From: the human T2T-CHM13v2.0 reference genome, Homo sapiens | DNA length: 64,000 nucleotides | Assembly: GCF_009914755.1 (NCBI RefSeq) | Contig: NC_060934.1 | Strand: one strand, 5' to 3' | In this document: piece by piece, positions 31,036 through 46,360 of the stretch | Layout of the letters: each line of letters opens with the position of its first letter | Numbering within the stretch: position 1 is the first letter of the stretch | Made by a program: the position numbers and the translations under genes | The notes under the pieces: model-generated | What the model was told of the DNA's origin: nothing | The model's input: the letters and a program-made list of their open reading frames with translations, nothing else | The model's database searches: none

Positions 31036-32096
31036 TCTCACAAGAAAATAAAATAATACTTTCCCAGGGGAAAGGTGTTTTGAGACTTGTGGTCAAATTC
31101 TGTGTTTTCCTAATTACCTGTGCAAGACTGGGTGAGAGTCTTAGTTTCCTCTTGGGGAGGAGATGAAGGGCTTGGGCAGCTTTCTAAGTAGACTCAGTGG
31201 TAACGTTCTGCAAGTCCCTAAGCCAGGTGAATATCTGGAGGAGGATGTGAGTTCCTCCTCCACCTCCCTCACATTGTCAGGTAGGGGTGGCTGAGCTCCA
31301 GAAGGATTCACCTCTGGACATTGCCCCCATCCATCGCTTCCTCCTAAGGCCACCCCTGTAACCAGTGCGAGGCTGCCGAGACAAGGCTCATTCCATCGCT
31401 GGGCCAGGCCAGAGTTACCGACTGCTCAGTTATTGACACCTCCTTATTTCTGTCCATCCATGAGATGGATTGTTGTAGATTTGGTGAAAAGTGTTCAGTG
31501 AAGAAAGTAAATCAAATTGCTTTAGTTTACATATGAGATAATGCACGTAAAAATGCCCTTATCTATGAAATTCTAAACAGATACAGGAAATTATGATTCT
31601 TCTGATTAAACACTAGCTTACTGCTACTATGAGATACATATACAGACAGCTATAGACAGGAAGATAGTCACTGTGTATATATTGAGCACAACCCACTATA
31701 TAGGAGAATAAAAATATATTATACCATGTTATAACTAAATGCAAAGATACCTTAGCATTCAAGAATCGCATATTCACTTGATGACAGTTTCTTCTAGAAA
31801 ACTGAAGTAGAATGGAATAACATGACTTTTTATATATTTTTCAGATTAAAAAGTTAAATATGTTTATTCTAATTACCTGATTACTTGCTCTCCCACCCCT
31901 GCCTATCTCTTTTTCTGTCTAAAGAAGGGTTGACTCTAGTAGCCAAGCAAATAAGCTAATGGTTCCCTCTTATGCCACACACTTCTGAAAGTAAGTTGAA
32001 TGGCTCTTGGTGTATGTTGATGAGGAGGTATGACTATTATATAACAATATTGAAAAGAAGACTTCATTTCTATTTCACTCAAGAAATGAAGTCTAG

Positions 32097-32404
32097 GGCT
32101 GGGTGCGGTGGCTCACGCCTGTAGTCCCAGCACTTTGGGAGGCAGAGGCAGGTGGATCACCTGAGGTCAGGAGTTCAAGACCACTCTGGCCAACATGATG
32201 AAACCTCGTCTCTACTAAAACTACAAAAAGTTAGCTGGGCTTAGTGGTGGGCACCTGTAATACCAGCTACTCAGGAGGCTGAGGCAGAAGAATCGCTTCA
32301 ACCCTGGAGGCGGGGGTTATAGTGTGCTGAGATCATGCCATTGCACTCCAGCCTGGGTGACAAAGCAAGATCCTGTCTAAAAAAAAAAAAAAAAAAAAAA
32401 AAAA
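32097..32404 (+). mobile_element. AluSx-like
   Basis: Full dimer, long poly(A), TSD GAAGTCTA. Confidence 0.95.
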
Positions 32405-33130
32405 GAAGTCTAACTTGTCTTCATGCATAAAATGTTCATATTAGTTTGACAAACTTTCTAACAAAAATGAAAACAAACTAGCAATATATTTAATAATTAT
32501 ACTTTATGATTCAACAAAAAACAAATGTTGAGCTGTGCTTAGTTATTTAATTTTATTTTTGATGTAGGGCAGGTCTTGGGACAGGAGCCCATCTCAGTAT
32601 TAGAAGCAGCACATGTTGCTGAGGAGGTGCTGGCTGGGCAATGCTGGCTCCAGCAGGGCTGGGTCCCGAGGAGCAGGGCATGTGGGGTGACACCAAGCTG
32701 GAAACCCCCGTCAGCCCCACCACTTCCCATGCTGTGTGTGATGCTGGCAGATCACTTAACCTCCTGGAGCCTCACATTCCAAATTTGTTTACTGTTCAAA
32801 GTAATTGAGATGATAAATGCAAAGTTCTAGAGAGAGGTGTTCAAGAAATGTTTATTCTCTTTACCCTCATTACCCAAATAATTTTTTTTTTGGCAGATAA
32901 TTTAAAGAACAGAAATACACAGAAAGTGCTGAGAGTACACAAATAAACTATTTCTAAGCATCTTATTTCTAATATTTTTAAAACACCATTTACATTTGTT
33001 AATAATTTAAATATAGTTACATATAAATACCCTACAGGGATTTTACTTGAAAAACGTTATGAACTCTCTTTATATTTTTATATGTTTTATGTTTTGAAAA
33101 TTGCAAAACAAAGCGCTTCAGCGCACTTAA

Positions 33131-33491
<361 letters not shown>

Positions 33492-34545
33492 AAGAATGAC
33501 CTTTTTAAATGTTGAAATAGTAATAAAAGAATATGGAGAAGTAAATTTACAATGCATGAAATGAACAGCGTTCAGTGCATGTCTGTGTGTTGTGGCAGAG
33601 TCACAGAAGTACCAGGGTTGCACTGGTCTTCCAGGGGGTGCCCACGGGCCTCCAGCTGCTTCCTTTGTGCTCTCACCTGGTCAGTATCTCCTGCCGCAGT
33701 TGTGGTGTCAAGGTTCCTTTCGCTCCTTTTCCCCCACCGTCCCTTCCCACCACTCCTGTCTGTCCTTTCTTCTCCTATTTGCATGTAATGTTGCTGCTGC
33801 ACTTGATTCCCATAACTGTAATGATTGTGAATCAGAAAGGAAGTAAATATTTGCATGCATATGGAAACTTTGCAGAAGAAATCTACACGGAAACCAGCTG
33901 ACAGCACATTTGCTGACAGGGGACACTCTGCGCTCGGAGTGGCCCTGTGTTTAAAATGCATGAAGTGGGCACGTACAGTATTTCAAAAGAGATTACATTT
34001 TGTCATCTGTCATATGTTTAAGGTCACTGCAGACACAGACTGTTAAAAATAGATTTCAAGAACAATATCTTTCAACTCTTTAATAAGTCGTTTTGGACAA
34101 AAACCTACTTGCTGTGTGGCAGGGACATTCTGGCATTGCTGTTTAAGACAGAAGCCCAAGCCCCTCACCCTTTCCTAGAAAAACCTGTACACATACACAA
34201 GGGAGCTTTGACTGACCCACATTAACCTTGATGTGAGTGTCAAGTACTGGCACTCACAAAAACCCCTTCATTCATTATCTCTGGATTACCATTTGGAAGA
34301 TATGAATACCAAACAAAGAATCCACTTCATAAAAAAAAAAATCTTAAATGAGAGATATGTCAACGAATAAGGGACCAAGTGCATAGATCTGCAAACAAAT
34401 GTTAGTTGCGCGTAACTCTAAAACTCCTGGAGATATTAAACCAGAAGAAATAATATACGAATAGAGGTATGTCTCAAAGCAAGCAATATCAAAATTTCTG
34501 AAAGTATGCATTTGTTAAAATTGCAGTTATTTTGTTTGCTACATA

Positions 34546-35922
34546 CAGGCCCGCCTTGCCTTACTGCAGTCTGCTTTCTTGTGCTTCCCTGATAATGGGT
34601 GTTTTACAATGTGAAGGTTTGCGGCAACCCCGCATGAAGCAAACTTATCAGCACCATTTGTCCAACAGCAGGTGCGCACTGCATGCCATCATGTCACATT
34701 TTGGTTAATTCTCAAATATTTCAAACTCTTTCATTATTATATTTGCTACTATGATCTGGGATCAGTGATCTTTGACATTATTCTTATTGTTTGGAGGTGC
34801 CACAAATTGCACCCATATAAAACAGCAAACTTAATCGAGAAGTGTTGTGTGTGTTCTGAGAGCTCCATCAGACAGCCGTTCCCCAGCTCTCTCCCTCTGC
34901 TCAGGCTTCCCTGTTTCCTGAGACACAATAATATTAAAATTAGGCCAATTAATAACCTATAGTCTCAAAGTGTTCAAGTGAAAGGAAGAATCCCTTGTCT
35001 CTACTTCGAATCAAAAGCTAGAAGTAAGTTTAGTGAGGGAGGCATACTGAAAGCTGAGAAGGGTCACAAGCTCGGCCTCTTGTGCCAAACATTTAGCCAA
35101 TTTGTGAATGCACAGAAAATGTTATTAAAGGAAATTAAAAGTGCTACTCAAGTGAAAACAGAAATGAAAAGAAAGTAAGATAGCTTTATTGCTGATAGGG
35201 AGAAAGTTGAGTGGTCTGGATAGAAGATCGAGTCGGCCACTCATTCCCTTAAGCCAAAGGCTAATCCAGAGCAAGGCTTTCACTCTCTACAATTCTGTGA
35301 AGACTGAAAGAAGCAGGGAAACTGCAGAAGAAAAGTTTAAAGCTAGCAGAATTAACGAATGAGGAGTCACTTCTTATGGATGAGCAAAGAAAGTGGCTTC
35401 TTGAGATAAAATCCATTCCTGGTGAAGAAGCCGAGAACATTGTTGAAATGACAACAAAGGAGTTAGAATATTCCATCAACACAGTTGATAAAGCAGTGGC
35501 AGGAGATGAGAGGACTGATTCAAATTTTGAAAGAAGTTCTACTATGGGTAAAATGCTATCCAACAGCACAGCATGCTACAGAGAAGTCTTTTGTAAGAGG
35601 AAGAGTCAATCAATGTAGGAAACTTCATTGTCTTATTTTAAGAAATTGCCACAGTCACCTCAGCCTTCCCAGCAGCAAAAAGATTACAACTAGCTGAAGC
35701 CTCAGATGATCGTTAGCATTTGTAACAATAAAGTATGTTTAAATTAAGGTATGTACGTCTTTTTAGACACAGTTATATTGCATACTTAATAGACTACAGT
35801 ATAGTGTAAACATAACATATATACTGTGGAAAACCAAAATATTTGTGTGACTGGCTTTATTACAATATTAACTTTATTGTAGTGTCTGGACCCAAACCTG
35901 CCATGTCTCTGAGGTATACCTG
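34546..35922 (+). mobile_element. Tigger1 DNA transposon, internally deleted, transposase decayed
   Basis: TA|CAGGC... start and ...GAGGTATACCTG end; ORF pieces SEGGILKAEKGHKLGLLCQTFSQFVNA and [32 protein letters not shown] match the Tigger1 transposase N- and C-termini. Confidence 0.95.
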
Positions 35923-36208
35923 CATTAAAATTTTAAATGATCATTAGCTTGTTTTTCACAACTCCTTATCTTATTTCACTTCACAGTCACTCGAATCTTT
36001 TTGGTGCATAAATATTAATGTATACATTTATATAACATTGTAGCAGTAGTCCTCTCACCTCACATTGTGATCCAAAGTTGATTTTATTAAATATAAATGT
36101 GAAAATGACAGTTAAATTATTTCTGCTTTCTGTAGAAATACTAGCGTTTGTAAGCTACATTCATATCCCCAGAATGTCGTCAACAGCTATAAGATACTGG
36201 GCTGACTA

Positions 36209-36514
36209 GGCCGGGCGCTGTGGCTCAAGCCTGTAATCCCAGCACTTTGGGAGGCCAAGGCAGGTGGATCACAAGGTCAGGAGATCGAGACCATCCTGCC
36301 TAACATGGTGAAACCCCGTCTGTACTAAAAAATAATACAAAAAACTAGCCGGGCGTAGTGGCAGGCGCCTGTAGTCCCAGCTACTCAGAAGGCTGAGGCA
36401 GGAGAATGGCGTGAACCAGGGAGGCAGAGCTTGCAGTGAGCTGAGATTGCGCCACTGCACTCCAGCCTGGGCGACAGAGCGAGACTCCGTCTCAAAAAAA
36501 AAAAAAAAAAAAAA
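36209..36514 (+). mobile_element. AluY-lineage element
   Basis: Y diagnostics, pure poly(A), perfect 18-bp TSD AAGATACTGGGCTGACTA (36191-36208 / 36515-36532). Confidence 0.97.
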
Positions 36515-36799
36515 AAGATACTGGGCTGACTAAAATAGCAAATGCATCCTGTATTTTGCTTTGAAAATGTCTACAGTAATCTTGCTTGCTTTCTATATGA
36601 CTTCCAGAGCAATAAATTTGCCAGCTCTTACCAAAGGAAAGTTCCAGTAAGTTTTTCCTGGTTAACAAATTCCCCTTGCAGTGGTCTGGGCAGGGCTTAG
36701 ACTCACATATAGGTAAATATGTGAGTACACACATAAACACAACACAAATGAAAACATGCATGCTCACATATTTGTAGTCACAAAGTGGCTGGTGTTGTA

Positions 36800-37160
36800 A
36801 CAACAAGGAGCTGGAGCAACTAGGGCCTGCTGGGTGGCTCTATCTCAGGTTCTCTCCATGTGGTCTCTGCACATGAGCTATCTTGGGCTTCCTCACAACA
36901 TGGAGGCTTCAGTAGATTCAGACATCTGACATGGGGGTTCAGCACTCCAGAAATGAGGGTTCTGAGAGAGTTGGCTAGAAGTACTGTGCTCTCTTCTACA
37001 CAGACACTACTGAGCCACACAGCTACTAAAGACCAGCAGGACTCAAGGGTAGAGAAAATGTCACCCATCTCTCAACAGAAGGAATTTCAAAGCCACACAC
37101 ACAAGAACATACAGTAGGATATATGTTTGCAGCCTTCTTTGGAATTAATGAATCTACTCT
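36800..37160. mobile_element. Old MLT1 LTR (H/I/J-like)
   Basis: CTCTCCATGTGGTCTC...CTTGGGCTTCCTCACAACATGG...GACTCAAGGGTAGAG. Confidence 0.7.
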
Positions 37161-37245
37161 CTCAGAAAGAATCTTCTATAGGAAATAATGAATTTCTCAG
37201 CAAACAATCAAACTACTTATTCATCTCATGTGTATTAAGTTTTCA

Positions 37246-37738
<493 letters not shown>

Positions 37739-37908
37739 TCATCACCTAAAACCTCACTAGTTCTGGGGAAGAACACTCAGTGATTAGTGGAAGACCATGT
37801 TTCTTGGCCACTTCTTTTCTTTAACCAAAATTTTCAGTGAATGCAGCAAAGGATGCTACCATTCTTTTAAGCACTAATGTGAATGAAACCACAGCCACAG
37901 CAATAATC

Positions 37909-38413
37909 TGAAACCATCCCCAGCAGGTTGACAGGAATTGAATACCAGGTTCTAGACAGAAATATGGTTATAATTAAGCATTCATCAGGCTGCATGCTGG
38001 CCCACTTCCATGTTTCTAAACGTCACATAGCACTAGATACCAGCCATTTGCATTCCACTGTCCCTATAAACTGGATCTCTGACATTAGAATTATAAGGCT
38101 TTAGTTTAAGGATTGCTTAAGGTGTTCTTCAGACCTGAATTTGGGCAACCAATTTGAAGAGCCACAGAGGAATGGACTCAGCATGAGAATACAGCTTCTT
38201 GCACTCATTGATCAGTCAATGATCTTTTCACTTTGGCCCATTCCAAAACCCTGAAAAATCCTAACCCTAAATTCTTTGTGGAGATGGATTAGAGGTTTCC
38301 TCCTGTCTCCTCATTCAGTGACTGTACAATTAAATCTCTTACTCTGGTGCAAGCCCCTATCTTGCTGTGTGGACTTGGTGCATGTATTGGGGAATAAACC
38401 TACTATGATTACA
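37909..38413 (+). mobile_element. ERV1 (MER4-group) solo LTR, subfamily not assigned
   Basis: TGAAACC...ATTACA termini, ATTAAA signal, recognisable ERV1 LTR blocks. Confidence 0.7.
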
Positions 38414-38669
38414 TCTCTCTCAGAGTTGTTGGTTCTTCATACATTTTGCATGGCACATACCACCTGGAATAAAGACCATATTTGTTGGCCTGCTGTGACA
38501 AGCAGAATTCTAAGGTGCCTCCCAAAATTCCTCTCCCTGCTGTACAAGTCCTGTATCATCTAGGGCTGTGAAGAGGATCGGCTATCACTCCTGTGATTAG
38601 TTTTGATTAGAGGTAACATTTTATTTTTAAAAAGGGAGATTAACCTGGGTGGATCTGACCTAATCAAGT

Positions 38670-39686
<1,017 letters not shown>

Positions 39687-40527
39687 AAGTGACCACTAAA
39701 AGGAACTGGGATTGCAGGGTGCAGAGATTCAAACACAGTGCTGGGACCACTCTCTTCTGGATTTGACTCATGCGTGAGAGGGATAAACCTATACATTTTA
39801 CTTAGCCACCTGCTTTTCGGAATTTGTGGGCAAGCTAGATTTTACCGAATGCAGACTAACCTGCTCCAACTCAAACAAAGAACCAGCTTTTAAAATTGTG
39901 GTTTATTATATAGGTTGTAATGTTTTGTCTTCTAGAATCTGCAGACACAAACAACCCATACGCTTCATTCCACAATTCACAGACCGTGGTCATTAGCAAA
40001 AAAGGTCAGAGGGAAAATTCATGGGCCTTATCAGAAAATTATTAGCCTGATAGATCAATGCTGTGTTTGAAGTATTCTAATGTAATCAACTGCCTCTGCA
40101 AAGTGAACAAAAGGAGGCCATTATGCAAATAAGAACCATTCATTTCAGAGGAAGGAGCTTTGGTTTCCTGGTACAGAGTCAACAAAATGAGGAAGCTGCG
40201 AAAGCCCTGGCTCATGTAGTTAACCTTGGGTCACTGTACCCTCCAGCCTCAGCACAGTTAATCCATGAATACTTGCAGTCAACAGCCTCTAAAGGTCACC
40301 AGACTCTGAAGTCCAGTTACTATTTGTTACCAAGTTTACAATTCAGAATTTATAGGAAATAAATATGTAGCCTGCATCACTAATGTGCCAAGCTTTGGGA
40401 CAGGTTTCTTTCTAATTAGATCTCTGAAGGATTTTCCTGAAGGAGTCCCTCATGCTCTTGATTTCATCAACAGGCACTGTGCGGAAGCCCCTCCACCATG
40501 ATGGTTTTGCTCAAGAAACCTTCATCT

Positions 40528-41538
40528 TGCAAAAGACAAAATGACAACAAATTCCGTTCCAAGATGCCAATTGGCTTTATTGACATCCTAGAATCAGGCA
40601 GCACTATATTCTCTAAAATGGAATATGTGTTCCAATGAACTGAACACAGGAGATTGGCTTTACAGATAGAAAAAGGGCTGAAGAAAGAGAAACAAAGAAT
40701 AAAAAGTGTATTGGGTGCTTCCAAGTTACTTTCCTTGTAAGCCACTGTGTCAGAGGCATTTGAACCACAGCGACTCCATCTTGAGTGAGGACTAGGAAAA
40801 CGAGGCTGGGACTTGCTGAGCTGCATTTCCAGAAAGTCAGGCATCCTTAGCTTCTAGATGTTTATTAAGCAGACCCAGACTCGGGAGTGTCTAGATATCC
40901 CGATATCTGGAGAACAAAGGCATTCCTAATTTTGATTTAAAGATAATAATATCGATTCTTGCAAAATATAGTAATTGAGAAAATTAATCCTTTATCACAA
41001 ACCCTTGTAGCAGAGCTTATCTCTTCATGATCTTTTTTATCCTACATATACAAGTATTGTACCTAGGGTGGACACATTCCTCCTCTTACTTTCGGGACTG
41101 TCCTACTCTGTCTGTGGAGTAGCCGTATTTTCACCACTTTACTTTCTTAATAAACTTGCTTTTACTTTGCACTGCAGACTCACCCTGAATTCTTCCTTAC
41201 GCGAAATCCAAGAACCCTCTCTTGGGGTCTGGATCAGAATCGCTTTCCTGTAACAACTGGGGCCAGAAAGAAGAAACAATAGAAAAACTGATGAGTTCAC
41301 ATGATGTGACTTCAGATTAAGGATTTAAACACAGGGAACTTCATTATCCTGCCCATTGAAGACTAAACCTGTCCTGTTCAGGAAGTTAGGCTATCTCTCT
41401 CCTGGTTCCTCAGAGGGCAGAGAACTGCTCAGTTTGGGTTTGGGTTTGGTAAGCCTGGGTGACCCCACTATGATTTGTCTGGTCTGTTGCGATTGCAGGA
41501 GTTTAGTCCAAAATAATGGCCTCAAATTTTGTTGAACA
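40528..41538 (-). mobile_element. MER67-like ERV1 LTR interrupted by MER41
   Basis: AAAAGACAAAATGACAACAAATT...AATTGGCTTTATT...AAGTTACTTTCCTTGTAA continues after 41259 to AAATTTTGTTGAACA. Confidence 0.55.
40748..41255 (+). mobile_element. MER41 solo LTR (C/D-like)
   Basis: TGTCAGAGGCATTTGAACCACAGCGACTCCATCTTG...AATAAACTTGC...CCTGTAACA; 4-bp TSD ACTG. Confidence 0.92.
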
Positions 41539-42394
41539 ATCTATACGGAAAGCAATATCCACCTCTGAACATTTCACAAAACACATCAGTGTAAAGTGTT
41601 GAGAAATCTTTTTAACTTAAAAAAAAAACAAACAAAATCTCAAGATTTCACAATGTTTTTTGATTCTGACATCTCTCCCTCTCCCACCTCCATCCCCTTC
41701 ACTCAAGGTGCACCTATCAATAGCTTGAAAAACACAAGTGTGGGATAGGCTGTTTTGGATCATAAAGTTCTGCTCAAAGGGTGAATCCATTAGCCACACG
41801 TCACTGGAGCTACTGTCTGCAATGACAAATTTGTTTCCACTAATTGAGAAGCCAGTAAAGGCATCAACTACAGATGTAAAATTTTCTTCATGTACAAGAA
41901 GGGGGAAAAAACAGTAACTCCACTGTGGCACTACCACTTTGCACTTGCTATTTATGGGATGGTTTTCTTCACAAGGAAAAAAAAAGTACAAGTGGGAGCA
42001 TTGGCAACTGTTAATTACAATGAGATAATGATCATTCGATAAGGAAAGAAATGGATTATGAGTCAAAAAATAAATATTGTGGAATCTGCGTGTAACACAA
42101 TGTTTATTTTGGCACTTTGACTCTCCCACTAAATGATCTACGGGCAAAATTCAGTTGCAGACCTGCGATCGGGGGCTCCATGCCCCTATGACTTGTGCTG
42201 TCTAGATGGTGAGAGACGCTGAGAAGCGACCGCAGGAATCCCATCCTAGAGTGGTGGCCTCCTCTAGAGTGGTGAGACCTGTGACTGACTTATTCTAACC
42301 AATGCAGCGGCAGGGATGGCAGGTCCTTGTCTTGATAGAACAGCTGCTTCTGTGGCAGGGATGTGGTACAGCTGCCACAATATCATCATGTCTG

Positions 42395-42970
42395 TGATAT
42401 GAGAGATCGAAATAGACACCCCTATATCGACAAACATGGACCCTAAGCTAAAGGGAACGGAGTTACCTATGTCTCAAAGGTTCAGAGCCTGGCTGGTGTG
42501 GCAAATTTCCAAATTTACACAGGTACAAAACAAACCACACTTGCTAAGCTCCCTCACAATGGGTGCTATCAGACCCCTCAAAGCTCTGATTTGCAACCCA
42601 GACCACTACCATTCTGATAGCTTTACAAACATTCTTTTCTGATAAACAATGGCAGACTTGAAGGCAGCTTCAGCAGCTTATAGAGGCTGTGCACAAACTG
42701 TTTTTGTTTCCTGCAGTTCATCTGTTGACATAAAGGGCTAATCCCACCTCATTTTAATGCTGAAACCCTGCCCCAAAGTGAACACGGGATGTATGTTACA
42801 TACACATTCACCCATTGCACATGCGTTCCACTCTCCTCTTAAATATGTATAGCTTTTCCCCCAAACTTGCAGACCATGTGTGAGTCTATTGTGTAATAAG
42901 ACCCCATGAGGCATAAAACCAACCCCTTCCTTCCTTCCTCAAAGAGAGAGCACCTTTGCCTCATTCTACG
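42395..42970 (+). mobile_element. ERV1 (MER4-group) LTR, subfamily not assigned; preceded by an MLT1-like fragment (about 42200-42390)
   Basis: CCACCTCATTTTAATGCTGAAACCCTGCCCCAAAGTGAACA, CCCATTGCACATGCG and CATAAAA are typical ERV1 LTR blocks. Confidence 0.65.
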
Positions 42971-43843
42971 TAGTTCCTGCTGGAGTCTCCTGTGGTTGTG
43001 GTTGGGTCGTCTAAATTACTACAAAGAGCAAAAAAGCTCTGACATAAAAATGGTCTCTTATTTTCTTAATCTTTGTGTTTCTCAGGTGCACTGTTGTGAA
43101 GAGACCTCAGCATACGTGTCCAGAGCAGTTAGTAAACATTTAGTGAAAATCCATAAAGAATTTGTAAATGCTCTCTCTATAAATCCCTACCTGGACTCTT
43201 TCATTTTTTCCCCCAGTTTCCAGTAAGAGTACAAAGTTATGATTTTTACACGAAGATTTGTTTTCATCCCCTATTACTGTACCTTATGACATCCTGGCAA
43301 ATAATAACAATAAGAAATGGGAACGATAACAGTAATTCTACTTTTGAAACACCTTTTGTCTGTAAACATATATACACTTTCTGTAAGTGTCAAGGGATAT
43401 ATTTAATCATGATACTAATCCCCGAGAACTTTGTGTTTTGTCTCAAAATTCAAATAGACACAGGGCCCTTTGTTTGGACTTAGTTGGTTGCACAACGCTT
43501 CCAAAGTTAGCGTGTACTGTGAAGTCAACTGGGATTTTCAAGACATTTTTATGTACACTAAATATGTCTTAACATGATCTTAATGAAAGATGTAATAATT
43601 GACTGGCAGATGGAAGAGGCAGCAAGAAAATTGTAGTTTAGTAAAATAAAGTTTCACATTACTATATCAATATTAGGTTTTACACTAAAAGGAAAGCTAA
43701 ATTTAGGAGCTTTATTACATACTAGCATTGACATGAGTCATTTCCTCTCCATTAAAGCAACCAAAACCCCAACTTCCTATCTTAGGCTATAATCTGCACC
43801 AGCCAGCAGATTTCAGATCTCAATTCTGCATGTTTGAGTTCCT

Positions 43844-43878
<35 letters not shown>

Positions 43879-44084
43879 CAGTTTAAGTTTGTACTTTCAG
43901 TGGAATTTTAAATAATTCCAAGAATGAGAATAGCTAACATCAAGCATCAGATATTAGTCAGAACAGTTTCACTTTGAGCAATAAAATTAGATCTCAGTTG
44001 AAATTTGCAGATACTGGGAAAGGAAAAGTGAAGTACTTACATCTTCACAAAATAAAATGACTTGTATCAAATTGAGCACACCCA

Positions 44085-44660
44085 CTAACACAGACACTCA
44101 CAGACACACACAGCGAGACAACACAGAGATACAGATGACACACACACACTCACAGACATATACAGCGAGACAACACAGAGATAGAGGACACACAGACACA
44201 CTCGCAGACACACATGGAGATAGAGACAGAGGCACAGACACAGACATACACCAACACAGACACAAGCAGAAACACAGACACAGACACACACACACACACA
44301 AGCAGATGCACAGAGACACAGACACACACACACACACCAACACAGACACAAGCAGATGCAGAGACACAGACACACACACATAGACACACACCAACACAGA
44401 CACACAGAGACACAGGCACATATACACACACCAACATAGACACAAGCAGATACAGAGACACACACACACACGCACAGACACCAACACAGACACAAGGAGA
44501 TACACAGAGACACAGGCACACACACACACAGACACACCAACACAGGCACAAGCAGATACACAGAGACACAGGCATACACAGAGACACACCAACACAGACA
44601 CATGCAGATTGTGTGAGACAGACACACGTGCACACAAACTCACCAACACGCACACACCCA
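44085..44660. repeat. Complex CA/GA-rich low-complexity tandem repeat
   Basis: Recurring ACCAACACAGACACAAGCAGA and CACAGAGACACAG units. Confidence 0.95.
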
Positions 44661-46360
44661 ATAATGATAAATGCTTCTCCACTTCTGTGTTTTGGTGACA
44701 CTAATAATCTTGTACTTTCTTTGACACAGTAGCCCATTTTCTGTTCAAAAGCAACAGAAAAATATGTCATCTAGTTTACTGTTTTTAGAATTGTAGGATA
44801 TTTTTGTTTCAGCCTCAATAAAATTACTTCTAAGTCCTTCTAAGTTTTGAGTGTCTTCTAATTTCTTCATTCCTCTAATGAAAGGTCCGGTCATGTGTAG
44901 ATATCACCCCTGTGGGGACCCCCTCACATTGCACCTGACCTTGGCTGTGCTGCTGTCTGCCTGTGGATGGAGTGGATTGACAACGGTGGCATTCACATGA
45001 TGAGAAAAATGCTCCTGGGGCCGCGCTCCTGGCGAATGGCTTTGGAAATCAACAAAACACAGTCCCACTTTTGTCTGTGACCAGTCTTCATGGCATATCA
45101 GTTAGAGTGGTGTGCTAAATTTTGAGACCAGGTGGACAGAAGTGAGTTAAATGTTTTCAAGTGATCAATAAAGACAAATACCTTTATTGGGTACTCATCT
45201 CAAGCTCTAGGAATGGAAAAATACAAAGATGCGTAGTCCGTATTACTCCTTCAAGGAGTTTAATAATTAATTGAACATAAAATTCCTATATATGTGTATA
45301 AATACATATATTTTAATACCTACACAATGAAAACATCATTGTGTAGCAAGTAGTCCTGTAGGAAGGTTAAAACCTTGTTTTCATCCTTATCTTATTTTTC
45401 TCACCTCTCGTAATCCAAACTATTGAAGGACATTGTTGAAGCGAGTAACAAGGACTAAAGGACCAGAAGGTCACAAAAAAGAATGCATCACTGAAGAAAT
45501 AAAAAACTAAATAAATGACTCAACTTTTTCTCACAAAGCTAGTCAATAAATTCAATGTTTTAAATGTGACCTGTGGACACCATTTAGACAGGTTTAGAAA
45601 TATTGTATGTTGTTGAATCTGAGTCTGAATGGATTCAATGACCTTGTGAAGGAAACAATGACCCCTATTTTGTCTAGTGAAACATGTAGCATTTACAAGC
45701 AGAACCTACTCCAATTAAAATAGAACTAAAATTAAATTACTTAAGCATCCAGCATACTAAAAAAACTAAAATCATCATTTTACTCACAAGGTAGAATCAA
45801 CCTAAGTTATTTATCTCTGTATCCAATCCTTAAATACTTCGTTAAACTTGCAAAATTTTAAAGTTGAATAAAATTCATCAACGTTTATCTGAGTGTGTTT
45901 CTGCTGTGTGCACATATAATTTAATATAATAAAATACTTATTGGATTTTGACATTAATTTTCATCTTAAATGAAAGCTGCTGCTATTTCTTAAATTAGGT
46001 AGACAACAGAGCAGTCTCTATTATAGTACAGTTAAAATCCTCCTCTGTGAGCCTATCTTCTGTCCTGGAATACACATTCATTCACTAAAGGTTAATGAGC
46101 ACCTACTAGTCCACCAACTTGTGTTAAATCAATTTAAAAAAATTCCAGCCCTCATGGAGGATACTTTTTACATAATTAATTATAAATATAACATGTAAGT
46201 AAATTATATGGTATTCCAGAAAATGATAAGTGCTAAGAAAAAAATAGGGTAAGAGGTATCTTAAATGTTGGGTTTTGAGGGGTTGGGTTGGAATTTTGAG
46301 AAGAAAAAAAAACTGCTTAGTGTAGACCTCTAGTTGAGGAGATAACTTTTGGTAAAATCT

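Noticed and set aside
34978-35618. Domesticated transposase gene (TIGD1-like)
   Set aside because: Stops, frameshifts and loss of the DDE domain.
40748-41255. MER41 as an interferon-inducible STAT1 enhancer
   Set aside because: No intact TTCNNNGAA seen at the expected place (reads TTTCCAGAA), and it does not look like the MER41B type that carries tandem GAS sites.
44057-44770. Several 100-200-aa Cys/Val or Thr/His ORFs
   Set aside because: Translations of the CA-rich repeat.
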